The notes under the pieces: generated by a model
Databases searched by the model: none
What the model saw: the letters and a program-made list of their open reading frames with translations, nothing else
What the model was told of the DNA's origin: nothing
Shown: positions 17,195 through 26,416 of the stretch, piece by piece
How positions within the stretch are numbered: the first letter of the stretch is position 1
Layout: every line of letters starts with the position of its first letter
IMG/VR virus record: IMGVR_UViG_3300031519_000106
Coordinates: 1 to 33,786 of that record
Direction: 5' to 3' (one strand)
Source of the DNA: a virus
Lineage: Duplodnaviria > Caudoviricetes
DNA: 33,786 nucleotides
Position numbers and translations under genes: made by a program

Positions 17195-19410
17195 TGGCTT
17201 TAGGTGACGGCGGTTTAGACGCACAAGTAGAACAACGCATGGATGCCTATCGAGGTAATCCACAGAAACTTCAACAACGTTACGGTCAGAATAAAGAACT
17301 GCTCGACCTACTAGCGCTACAGAAACTTACCTCTGAAAAGAAACAAGTTGCTGCAGACATGCAACTTAAAGCACAAAACAACCCCAACACTATAGCACAA
17401 CAGCGTGAAGCAGAAGCCCTACAGTTAACTAAGAGCGCTATGGGTGGTACATTAGGTGAATTAGCAGGACGTACAAAAGGTACGTTAGATCAGAAGAATG
17501 CTTTACAAAAACAAAATATGGGTAAGCTAGCACAACGTGCGGCACAACCTAACGCTGGTGGATTAGGTGGATTAAATGCTACTAGCCCTGCCCCTGTTCG
17601 TATGGCTCAAGGCGGTATAGTTGCTTTTAAAGAAGGTGAAGGTGTAGTAGGTAAAATTGGTGAACATACCCCGTTTAGTCGTGGAACTAAAAAATTCCTT
17701 GGGAATTTAACTGAAAATTCGGAACAAGTAAGGTTACGTAACCAAGTCCAATCAAAATTTGGGTTGTTTGCCTCTCCTTTTGGGGCGTTACGCAGACAGA
17801 CTGACAAACAACGTGCATACGCAAAAAATGTAATAGCTAACATAGACAACTTTAGTGTAGACGAACTCAAAGAACTTGCTGCTGCTCCTTTTGAATCGAG
17901 CATGACTGATACAGAAATAGCAGCGTTACCTAACGTTGGCGTTGCAGAGGTAAACAACCAACAACCTGAAGTAGTAAATCCAGAAGTAGTGGAAGAACCA
18001 GACCCGTTTGCAGCATACGATAAACAAACAGGTGTAGGTGGTGCAGGTAACGTAGAGTTTGCATCAACATACGAAAACCCTCAATCGTTTTTATCTGGTG
18101 TAAAAACTAGTTATGAACCAACAGAAGCTATTATACCTGCTACAAATTCATTAGACGAGTCCACCACTGCACTAGCAGCCGCAGGGCAACAAACTGCTGA
18201 TCCATCGTTATTAAATGTAGCAGACCCTGAAGTTGCAGAGTTAAAAAATGTAGCAGCTCCTTATGACGCTGAAGGCATGGAAATACAAAAACTACTTCTT
18301 GACGACGCTAAAAGTTCTATGGCTGCAGACCCTCTGGATGCAATGAACGCTGCGCGTGAAAGCTCGGACGTATATACCAGACGCGCCGAAAACGATGCAG
18401 ACTTTAGGAAAATGGAAGAAGAAGAACGAGCGTTACAAGCCAAGTTATTAAGTCCTTCAAGACTTTCTTCTGAAGCACGTATAGCCACTTTTGGAGGTGC
18501 CGCTCAAGGTAGAGGTGGTATGTCTAACGCCTACACAAATATTATGAGAAAACAACGTGAAGATTTAAGTGGTGGGTTAGGGACTATACGAGGTATTGGT
18601 GAAAATCGTATAAATAAAGATGCGGAAGTTGCTGGGTTAGGTTCAACCGCAGGGCAAAATGCTTTTAATGCGTCAGAAAATAGACGTGTAGGTGGACTTG
18701 GAACTTTACAAAACGAGTTAGCCGCACAAGACACACGTTCGCTTCAAGGGCAAGAACTAACAAGTAAGAAAAACATAGCAGTGTATAACCACAAAAGTAG
18801 TTCTGCGCAAAACACTTTTAGCGCTGCAGAAAAAGTTATTTCGCGTAATTTTGCTACTTTATCTGAAACGGTTAGAAATGACCGATCTAAATTTAAAGGT
18901 ATGGTAGAGGTAAACGTAGCAAACGCAAAAGCAAATAACACAGCGGCGGAAAAAGAATTAGATCAACTATTAGAAGTGGCTACTAAAAAAGCAGAATACG
19001 CATTTAAAAATGGAGAGTTATCTTTAACTAACCTTAATGCTGTAAACGAACTAAGATTAAAGTACGAAGAAAAAGCTGCAACTATGATGAAAGAAGTTTT
19101 AGAATCAGACTCCGCGTACCAAGCAGTTCTTTTAAAGTTAAGCCAAATGTCCGAAGCAGAAAACCCTGTTCAGTTTGCCGCTTTAGAAAAAGAAGCAAGA
19201 GTAATACACGGTGCGCATTTAAAATCGTTAATGACTGTGGCTCCAGACATATTTGGTGAACAAGAATATTTAAAACGTCTTGCTAAACAATTAACCGCAG
19301 GGTCGCCTATATCCGCTACTACTTTAACTAACGACAGTGTAACAGGTTTTAGACAAGTATCTCCTAATACAAACCCTGAAACTGAATACGGCCCTGTAGC
19401 TACACAATAA
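17194..19410 (+). CDS. Internal virion/ejection protein, helical
   Basis: 738 aa, Ala/Gln/Glu-rich coiled coils, MAQGGIVAF motif; GGAG SD and TAATG coupling. Confidence 0.7.
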   Translation: MALGDGGLDAQVEQRMDAYRGNPQKLQQRYGQNKELLDLLALQKLTSEKKQVAADMQLKAQNNPNTIAQQREAEALQLTKSAMGGTLGELAGRTKGTLDQKNALQKQNMGKLAQRAAQPNAGGLGGLNATSPAPVRMAQGGIVAFKEGEGVVGKIGEHTPFSRGTKKFLGNLTENSEQVRLRNQVQSKFGLFASPFGALRRQTDKQRAYAKNVIANIDNFSVDELKELAAAPFESSMTDTEIAALPNVGVAEVNNQQPEVVNPEVVEEPDPFAAYDKQTGVGGAGNVEFASTYENPQSFLSGVKTSYEPTEAIIPATNSLDESTTALAAAGQQTADPSLLNVADPEVAELKNVAAPYDAEGMEIQKLLLDDAKSSMAADPLDAMNAARESSDVYTRRAENDADFRKMEEEERALQAKLLSPSRLSSEARIATFGGAAQGRGGMSNAYTNIMRKQREDLSGGLGTIRGIGENRINKDAEVAGLGSTAGQNAFNASENRRVGGLGTLQNELAAQDTRSLQGQELTSKKNIAVYNHKSSSAQNTFSAAEKVISRNFATLSETVRNDRSKFKGMVEVNVANAKANNTAAEKELDQLLEVATKKAEYAFKNGELSLTNLNAVNELRLKYEEKAATMMKEVLESDSAYQAVLLKLSQMSEAENPVQFAALEKEARVIHGAHLKSLMTVAPDIFGEQEYLKRLAKQLTAGSPISATTLTNDSVTGFRQVSPNTNPETEYGPVATQ

Positions 19411-19428
19411 TAAAGTCAGGACATAGCG

Positions 19429-22400
19429 ATGCCCACATACGAACTTAATACTGCTAAAGGGCCAATTTACGTCGAAGGCCCACCTGCTGCTACCAAAGAA
19501 CAGATAATAGCTATATACAACAGTAGTATACAAACAGCTACTGACAACCGTGTAAATCAATTTGAAAATACACTTAACCAAAATTTTGAAGATCGAACTG
19601 CTGCAGCTTTAGAAACTGCAAAGGCTAGAAAAGCAACTATTGGTGATTACTTAGGAGAAATACCTAAAGGTCTTGTTAGTGGAGCGTCAAGTATGCTCGA
19701 ATCAGGTGCCTTGGGCCTTGCAGCTATACTACCTGAAGAAGCAGAAAATGTTGTGCGTGGTGGTATTAAATCTGTAGGTAAGGCTGTACAAGACTATGTT
19801 CCCGCAGATTTTAACCTTGGGTCTACGTTACAAAAAAGTATACCGCGTAGTGTAAGTGAAGCAACAGGTTCTTTTTTAGGACTTGCAGGTACGTCTATGA
19901 TAAACCCTTTAGCAGGTGTGACGTTAGCCGTATCCGCTGGTGCAGGTGAGGCAAGCGAACGTGCTAGAGAAGACGGCGCTTCGTTAGAAGATCGTAATTT
20001 AGCGGCATTGTTAGGTACAATTCCGGGAGCATTAGAGTTACTACCTATCAAATTCTTGTCGGTTATAAACAAAGCGCAAAAACAAAACTTTACTGACGCT
20101 TTAGTGCGTATTGTAGAACAAACGGGTATTGAGGGAGCGCAGGAAGCAGTATCTTCCATAGCTCAAAACCTTATTGCTCGCGAAGTTTACAAACCAGAGC
20201 AAAGTTTAACGGAAGGTACGGCAGAAGAAGCCGCGCTTGGTGGTAGTGTTGGTGCAATAATACAGTCTACATTAGAACTAATAGCCCCTAGAAAACGTGG
20301 TGGTAAAAGTAGCACAGACTCAGAAACTTTAGCAATTGAAGATATGCGTGATAAACGTATTGAAGATCAACGCCAAGGTTTAGGGTCACTACAAATTGAA
20401 GATCAACGCGTCTCACAAGCTAGAGCTGCAATAGGTGAAGCTTTAGATACAGACGGTGCTGTGTCCCTTGAAAAAATGCAGAGTATTGTAACTGATAGTG
20501 GTATACCTTTTGCAGAACTCGAGGGCGTTGTAGCTGAAGAAATGGGCAAACGTGGTAGCGACTTAGCTCAACGTGCAAAAGCAGAACTTGATGCAGAAGA
20601 GGAACTAAAAAACCGTTTGCAAATTGAAGGGCCAGAAAGCCTAGGTTTGACTTCTGATGACGATGGTAACATACTTACACGAGACCAAAAAATTCAACAA
20701 ACTGAAGCTGGTAGAGTAGAAACCAAAGAAGCCGAAAATGTTCGTATGGAAGCTCTTAGAAATGAGGCTAACCCAAAAACAGATGACTCAATTGATAAAA
20801 CTAAAGCAAAAGTAAAATCGCAGTACCAAATAAACCCAATTGTAGAGTTTAATGTAAAAAAAGATTTAGCAGGGCAAGCCAAACAACTAGACGCTCCAGT
20901 ATTAAAAGGAGGAGTTAATGAACAGACTACAGAAATTAAGCCAGACGCAAGTAGAGACGGCGTTCAACCTCCTAGCGAAGATGTGGTCAACGCCAACAAC
21001 ATTGACCTTGCTGGAAATGCCGATACCAAAAAAGGTGCCGGAGGAATTAAATCACCTGCAGGTGGCGGATTGGGAAGCACTCGCGTGGTCTCTGGACTGC
21101 CTGATGGAACAGAGGGAGCAAAACCAACTGCATTAGAAGCCGCAGGAGTTAGACTTGTAGAGACATCAGTACCTAACGAACAATATCTTGCAGATAAGAA
21201 CAAAGCCGCAGCTAAGAACCGAAAGACTGCAAAGAAAGATACTTACGAAAGTAACATAGGAAGACCTGCAACAGTTTCGGCATACTTTGAAGATGCTGAT
21301 GGTAACCGTACTGTCAATTTAAACCCTGAGATACTGGCAAACGTAAAGGGTGCATTAGGTGAAGAGGCTACACGCGGTACAGGTGTGAAAGCAGATAGAC
21401 TACGTAAGAGTATAGAAAAAGATGGGTACGACCCGAAGCTAGGCGCTATACTGGTTGAAGTACGTGAAGATGGTACTCCATTTATTGTTGAAGGTAATAA
21501 TAGGCTCGCCGAAGCTATTAGTAGTGGTAGAGAAAGTATACCTGTTGAGATAAAATATATTCGTGGCGGAGAAAAAGCTAAAGGTATCTTAGACCCTATG
21601 GAAGTAGGGATAGAGATGTACATAGAAGAAAAGTTACGTGAACCTAAACCAAAAGCTAAACCCTTTAACCGTAACGCTGTAGGTAGTGGTACTAATATTA
21701 AAGGTGCCGCTAAAGCTACCATTCCTACGGGGGTAAAAGGTGTAGCTAGCAAAAAAGCAGTTGATCCAAAGAAAACCGAAGCGGCGCAAGTAGCAAGGCT
21801 GTACGACGAAGAAACTCCCGATGCTGTTAAGAAAATTTTTGGCGCTAGCAAAACAACTAATCCACTAAGTGAACCAGACAATAAGAAAATAAAAGACAAA
21901 ATTTTGCAAGGTGCTACTAAAAGCGACAAGAGCAAAAAAGAAGATGTTCCTGTAATTGCATACTTACGAGCTTTCTCTAACCCGTTTGATGGTATAGAAA
22001 TGGCGTTGTTTGACAAAGTAAACGCTACTCCAATCGCTAAACAAGCCGCTACCTATAAAGATAAAGCAGGTAACCCAGTTAAAGATACAGATGTTGCCTC
22101 CAAGGCAGACGTAGAGGCACGCCGAGGTATGGGTGGAGTTGCTTCTAAAAAGGGAGAACTATCTTCCGCAGATCGTACGATTGCATGGGCACGTGCCAAC
22201 CTGAGCAAAGAAGCTAATGTTAAAATAAGCAAACGCCTCCAACAATTAGAAGATAACCAAAAGAATACTATGGTGTTTGAAGGTGGGCCTGATCGTGTGG
22301 TTGCATCACAGGCGGCAGGGTTATTAAACGTACGTAAAAATTTAGAATCTCTGGTACTATCAAACTATACCGACCCAATGGAGTTGGTAAAAGCTTACCC

Positions 22401-25400
22401 CGACATATACCCAAGCAAAGCCGCAGTTGAAAAAGCGATATTTGACGACCCATCATTTGGTATAAACGTTCAACTTGGTTTAAACATAGGCGCAGTTGTG
22501 GGGTTAGACGTTCCAATTAATCCTGCAGTTGAGACCGCAGTTAACGAAGGTGACCTAGGCGCGGTGCTAACTATTATAGCAGACACAAATCCCGTAAAAC
22601 AAATACGTCAGTTGGCTGAAGCATACGCTAAATTAGTAGGCAGTACAAAAATTGTCATTAAGAAAGACCTCAAAGCCGATGATGGACGTCCCGTTGCAGG
22701 TTTGTTTGACCCTAAAACAAATACAATAAGTTTAAACAAAGAAGCTGGTATCAACACGCACACAATAATGCACGAAATGAGTCACGCTGTAGCAAGTGCT
22801 GACATAGCCAACCCAGAAAGTAGTGCAGGTCAACAGTTTAACAAACTATTTAATAATGTAAAAGAATACTTAGGTACTGCATATGGAGCAAAAGATGCGC
22901 AAGAGTTTTTAGCAGAAGCGCAAAGCAACCCAGAGTTCCGCGCTGATCTTGCTAGTATAAATATCAAAGGTGAAAAAGTTACTGCGTTGCAACGGTACTA
23001 CAACATCATGCAAAACATATTAAGTCGTTATGTGCCGTTTATACAATCACGAAACATAACCTTACTGCAAGAAGTGGACAGCCTAGTAGATGCCTTGTTA
23101 GCACCTGCTCCAAAATATCGTAACGCTAATCAAATGGCCATGTCTTCTACAGTTGATGGGGTAAAAAGTTTTGCTAAAAATGTTATAGGAAAAACACAGC
23201 AGTCCGTTAACAAAGGTAGTCGCAAACAATGGGGCTACGATGCGGCAGACTTTATGAGCAAAGCAGGGTCTCAAGGTAAAGGTCTACTTATGAAGCTAAC
23301 AGCTATGCAGGGGTTAGGTGACATTGCTGAAAGCGTAGGTCTAGGTAAATTGGGGTACAAGTTAGACGATCTACTTAGTCGGCAACGTGGTGGGATACAA
23401 ACAGCAAACAAAAGACTTCAAACTAAAGTAGAAAGTATCTTAAAAACATTAGAACAAAGCTCACCTGAAAAAACAAGAAAAGTAACAGCCGCGCTTGATG
23501 ATGTTATATACAACACTGAGTATGGTGCTACTATATTTCAAGTTGACCCTTTAAAAAGCGAACTTGATTACGTAAACAAAAAAACTGGTGCGCCTATATT
23601 TGATACTTCAGGTAACAACTTACAAGCTATATGGAAAGCGCAACGAGCTAGCTGGAACGCTATGGGTACAGATGGTCAAAAAGCTTATAAAGATATGCAG
23701 TCAGTATACCGAGCGTCGTATAACAGGCTTAAAGATGTGATCTTTGGGCAAATTGATAATTTAGTTGGAGATAAAAATTCAGCTAATAAACTTAAAAAAG
23801 ATATTTTTTCGCGTATGTTTAAACAAAGTACGTTGGATGTTTACTTCCCATTAATGCGTGAAGGGGATTACGTCTTACGTTTCAATGCAAAAAATCCTAA
23901 ATCAGAGCGTGAAAAAACTACTTTAATTACTTACACTACTAAGACTGAAAGAGACGAAGCAGAAAAGTTTTACAAAAAGACTGGAGATTACATAGACTTT
24001 AAAACTGAAGATACAGGCGTAACTGCAAGTATGTTTAAAAGCGGCGGTGCAGACTTAGGCTTTGCTACTGAGACACTTAACATATTAGATAAAGCTAAAA
24101 CAAAAGAAGGGGACGCGATCCCTATCGAAGTTAAAGATCAAATTATGCGTTTGTTTGTAAACTCTCTACCGGAAACTTCTTTTGCTAAATCATTACAGAA
24201 ACGTAAAGGTACTCCGGGATATATGCAAGATTCTGTTTACGCCCTAAAAGAAAAAGGAGCTAGCCTTGCAAGTCAAACGGCAAAGTTAGAGTACGCGGCA
24301 AAACTACGTATGTATGAACAAGAATTGCGTGACGCTAAACCATTGGCAATTCCGCAAGCTAAGAGTTTAGTAGGTAAAGGAACTAAAAAACTATCGTCTT
24401 CTTTTGATGAAGTACGTAACGAGTTACTAAAACGTGCAGAGTTTGGGCGACAAGGGGCGAAAAACCAAACAGTAGAAGGTATTGCACGTAGACTTAACCA
24501 GATGGCTTTTATGTACACTATTGGTTTTAACACTTCATCTGCATTAGTTAACCTATCACAAATCCCATTGTTTGTAGCTCCATACTTAGGTGGGCAGTAC
24601 GGGTATGCTGAAACAACTAAAGCTATTTCTAATGCGTACGGTAACGTTAACTTTGGCGGTAAGCGTGGAGGTAAAACTAACTCTATATTAAATTACTACG
24701 ACATTTCTGATGATGGAACATTCACACTTAAAAAAGGTTTGGACTTACCCGCAGGTAAAGAAGCTGAGTTAAAACGTATGACTTTACTTGTAAAGACCGC
24801 TTCAGAACGTGGACTATTAGGTCAAAGTTTTCTTGCAGAAGCTATGGGTTTAAATGAAGCTAGCCCCTCTAAAAAAGGTGGTAAATTAGGAAATGCAATG
24901 GATAACGCATCCGTACTATCTGCATGGCTATTTAATCACGGCGAACAACTAAACAGACAAGTAACGCTTATGGCGTCATTTAACCTAGCCTTGGATGCTC
25001 AAACTGGTACTAAAAATATAGAACAAGCAGTACAAGACGCTATTTACAACACACAAAAAACTAACGGTGGTACATTCTTAGAGACAGCTCCTAGCTTACT
25101 GAACACAGGTGTTGGGCGTGTTGCAGGTATGTATAAAAGCTACGGACTGCAAATGTACTACGTGATGTTCCAAACTGCAAAAGTTGCGTTCGATAGTGAC
25201 AAAGGTAAATTGTTTGGTAAACAAGGTTCTATTGAACGCAAAACCGCGTGGAAACAACTTATCGGTATGCACGGAAGTGCATTGTTCTTTGCAGGTATAC
25301 AAGGGCTACCGCTATACGGAGCTGTACGTTTAATGGTTAACTTGTTTATGTTAGACGACGAAGAAGAAGATTTCGACACTATTGTAAGGCAGTACGTAGG

Positions 25401-26094
25401 TGAGGGTTGGTACAAAGGCGCGGTAAACCAGATGACAGGTATGGACGTTGCAAGTCGTATGGCTTTAACTGGACTTCTTATACAAGAAAATAGATATAAT
25501 AACGACCCATCGTTAGAAGAGTCAATAGGGTTCTACCTAGGTGGCCCTGCACTTAGTGTTGCAAACAGGCTGTACCGTGGAGGTACAGATTTATTTGAGG
25601 GTAACATTGAACGTGGTATAGAGAGTATATTACCTGCAGGTATTGCAAATGCGTGGCGTGCGTCGCCCCTTGGACGTTACCAAACAGAAGGTGTTAAAAC
25701 CCGTAGAGGTGATTTTATATATGATGACATAACTGGCGGTGAACTTGCAGGTTTATTCTTTGGCATACAGCCAACGGAGTTGACGTTTCGACAAGAGCGA
25801 AACAATATCACTAAAGGTATAGACATCGCTGTAGGCAAAAAACGTTCAAAACTTTCTAAAAAATTATACATGGCTATGCGTGTAGGTGATTTCCCTGAAC
25901 AAATAAAAATTAGAAAAGAGATGCAAAAGTTTAGCGCAAGACACCCAGAAGCAAAAATAGATGGCCCTTACTTAGAACGTTCTTTAAAGAAACACAGAGA
26001 GACATCAAAGCTTATGGCGAAGTACAACGGTATTACTTTAAGCCCTACGTACAGAAAAACGCTTGAAGAGTTCCGTGAAGGCTATGACAAATAA
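19429..26094 (+). CDS. Giant polyvalent internal virion protein (ParB-like domain, zincin HExxH metallopeptidase-like domain, helical C-terminal region)
   Basis: 2221 aa; LRKSIEKDGY...ILV...VEGNNRL...IPV (~21390-21560); GLFDPKTNTISL...HEMSH (22771-22785)...EFLAEAQSNPEF; last gene of the late operon. Confidence 0.8.
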   Translation: MPTYELNTAKGPIYVEGPPAATKEQIIAIYNSSIQTATDNRVNQFENTLNQNFEDRTAAALETAKARKATIGDYLGEIPKGLVSGASSMLESGALGLAAILPEEAENVVRGGIKSVGKAVQDYVPADFNLGSTLQKSIPRSVSEATGSFLGLAGTSMINPLAGVTLAVSAGAGEASERAREDGASLEDRNLAALLGTIPGALELLPIKFLSVINKAQKQNFTDALVRIVEQTGIEGAQEAVSSIAQNLIAREVYKPEQSLTEGTAEEAALGGSVGAIIQSTLELIAPRKRGGKSSTDSETLAIEDMRDKRIEDQRQGLGSLQIEDQRVSQARAAIGEALDTDGAVSLEKMQSIVTDSGIPFAELEGVVAEEMGKRGSDLAQRAKAELDAEEELKNRLQIEGPESLGLTSDDDGNILTRDQKIQQTEAGRVETKEAENVRMEALRNEANPKTDDSIDKTKAKVKSQYQINPIVEFNVKKDLAGQAKQLDAPVLKGGVNEQTTEIKPDASRDGVQPPSEDVVNANNIDLAGNADTKKGAGGIKSPAGGGLGSTRVVSGLPDGTEGAKPTALEAAGVRLVETSVPNEQYLADKNKAAAKNRKTAKKDTYESNIGRPATVSAYFEDADGNRTVNLNPEILANVKGALGEEATRGTGVKADRLRKSIEKDGYDPKLGAILVEVREDGTPFIVEGNNRLAEAISSGRESIPVEIKYIRGGEKAKGILDPMEVGIEMYIEEKLREPKPKAKPFNRNAVGSGTNIKGAAKATIPTGVKGVASKKAVDPKKTEAAQVARLYDEETPDAVKKIFGASKTTNPLSEPDNKKIKDKILQGATKSDKSKKEDVPVIAYLRAFSNPFDGIEMALFDKVNATPIAKQAATYKDKAGNPVKDTDVASKADVEARRGMGGVASKKGELSSADRTIAWARANLSKEANVKISKRLQQLEDNQKNTMVFEGGPDRVVASQAAGLLNVRKNLESLVLSNYTDPMELVKAYPDIYPSKAAVEKAIFDDPSFGINVQLGLNIGAVVGLDVPINPAVETAVNEGDLGAVLTIIADTNPVKQIRQLAEAYAKLVGSTKIVIKKDLKADDGRPVAGLFDPKTNTISLNKEAGINTHTIMHEMSHAVASADIANPESSAGQQFNKLFNNVKEYLGTAYGAKDAQEFLAEAQSNPEFRADLASINIKGEKVTALQRYYNIMQNILSRYVPFIQSRNITLLQEVDSLVDALLAPAPKYRNANQMAMSSTVDGVKSFAKNVIGKTQQSVNKGSRKQWGYDAADFMSKAGSQGKGLLMKLTAMQGLGDIAESVGLGKLGYKLDDLLSRQRGGIQTANKRLQTKVESILKTLEQSSPEKTRKVTAALDDVIYNTEYGATIFQVDPLKSELDYVNKKTGAPIFDTSGNNLQAIWKAQRASWNAMGTDGQKAYKDMQSVYRASYNRLKDVIFGQIDNLVGDKNSANKLKKDIFSRMFKQSTLDVYFPLMREGDYVLRFNAKNPKSEREKTTLITYTTKTERDEAEKFYKKTGDYIDFKTEDTGVTASMFKSGGADLGFATETLNILDKAKTKEGDAIPIEVKDQIMRLFVNSLPETSFAKSLQKRKGTPGYMQDSVYALKEKGASLASQTAKLEYAAKLRMYEQELRDAKPLAIPQAKSLVGKGTKKLSSSFDEVRNELLKRAEFGRQGAKNQTVEGIARRLNQMAFMYTIGFNTSSALVNLSQIPLFVAPYLGGQYGYAETTKAISNAYGNVNFGGKRGGKTNSILNYYDISDDGTFTLKKGLDLPAGKEAELKRMTLLVKTASERGLLGQSFLAEAMGLNEASPSKKGGKLGNAMDNASVLSAWLFNHGEQLNRQVTLMASFNLALDAQTGTKNIEQAVQDAIYNTQKTNGGTFLETAPSLLNTGVGRVAGMYKSYGLQMYYVMFQTAKVAFDSDKGKLFGKQGSIERKTAWKQLIGMHGSALFFAGIQGLPLYGAVRLMVNLFMLDDEEEDFDTIVRQYVGEGWYKGAVNQMTGMDVASRMALTGLLIQENRYNNDPSLEESIGFYLGGPALSVANRLYRGGTDLFEGNIERGIESILPAGIANAWRASPLGRYQTEGVKTRRGDFIYDDITGGELAGLFFGIQPTELTFRQERNNITKGIDIAVGKKRSKLSKKLYMAMRVGDFPEQIKIRKEMQKFSARHPEAKIDGPYLERSLKKHRETSKLMAKYNGITLSPTYRKTLEEFREGYDK
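20918..21136 (+). CDS. Probable overprinted 72-aa gene nested in the +1 frame of the giant protein
   Basis: AAAAGGAGG-AGTTA-ATG translation start; local GC rise; protein-like amphipathic helices, whereas the main frame here is a low-complexity linker. Confidence 0.6.
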   Translation: MNRLQKLSQTQVETAFNLLAKMWSTPTTLTLLEMPIPKKVPEELNHLQVADWEALAWSLDCLMEQREQNQLH

Positions 26095-26136
26095 AAAACC
26101 CCCGACGTTGCAGTGCGAAACCTAGCCAGTCGGGGG
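26093..26136 (-). terminator. Intrinsic terminator for the minus-strand replication arm, at the convergence of the two arms
   Basis: Minus strand reads CCCCCGAC-N22-GTCGGGGG-TTTTTT (stem arms 26099-26106 and 26129-26136, A-run 26093-26098). Confidence 0.7.
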
Positions 26137-26185
26137 AGTTCAGAACGGAGAACGACAAGTTTTTCTGCTTGTCACACGTAAGTTA

Positions 26186-26416
26186 TCACACAATTCTCCA
26201 AATGCGAACCCCAAACATTTCATTTTCTATACGAACACGTGCAGTAACCTGCCATAAGTTGCGTTCCGCTACCTCTTGAACCTGTTCTTTAGCTTTTTGT
26301 GTGTCTATACAGGGTATAAAAACTGATGCGCCAATTACCATATCGTCCCACGACACTATAATTTTTACCTTATCGGGGTTTAAATCATCAATCTTCAGAG
26401 GTTTCTGGTACACCAC
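26186..26416 (-). CDS. Small hypothetical protein with C-terminal GVRIWR motif (putative DNA-binding)
   Basis: GGAG SD and GTG start (26416 or 26413) overlapping the primase 3' end; 75-76 aa. Confidence 0.65.
   Translation of the reverse strand: MVYQKPLKIDDLNPDKVKIIVSWDDMVIGASVFIPCIDTQKAKEQVQEVAERNLWQVTARVRIENEMFGVRIWRIV

Noticed and set aside
10581-25871. Many long antisense ORFs (e.g. 13426-14037, 14598-15305, 21243-22016)
   Set aside because: They mirror long sense genes, have Ser/Leu/Phe-rich shadow composition and lack SD sequences; expected from codon bias.
10273-26094. Lytic transglycosylase or virion RNA polymerase domain in the large virion proteins
   Set aside because: No ES...A.G..Q transglycosylase motif or DxDGD polymerase motif was found by eye; a divergent domain cannot be excluded.
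26095-26185. tRNA or known riboswitch in the convergent intergenic region
   Set aside because: No cloverleaf or T-loop motif and no aptamer consensus that I can recognise.
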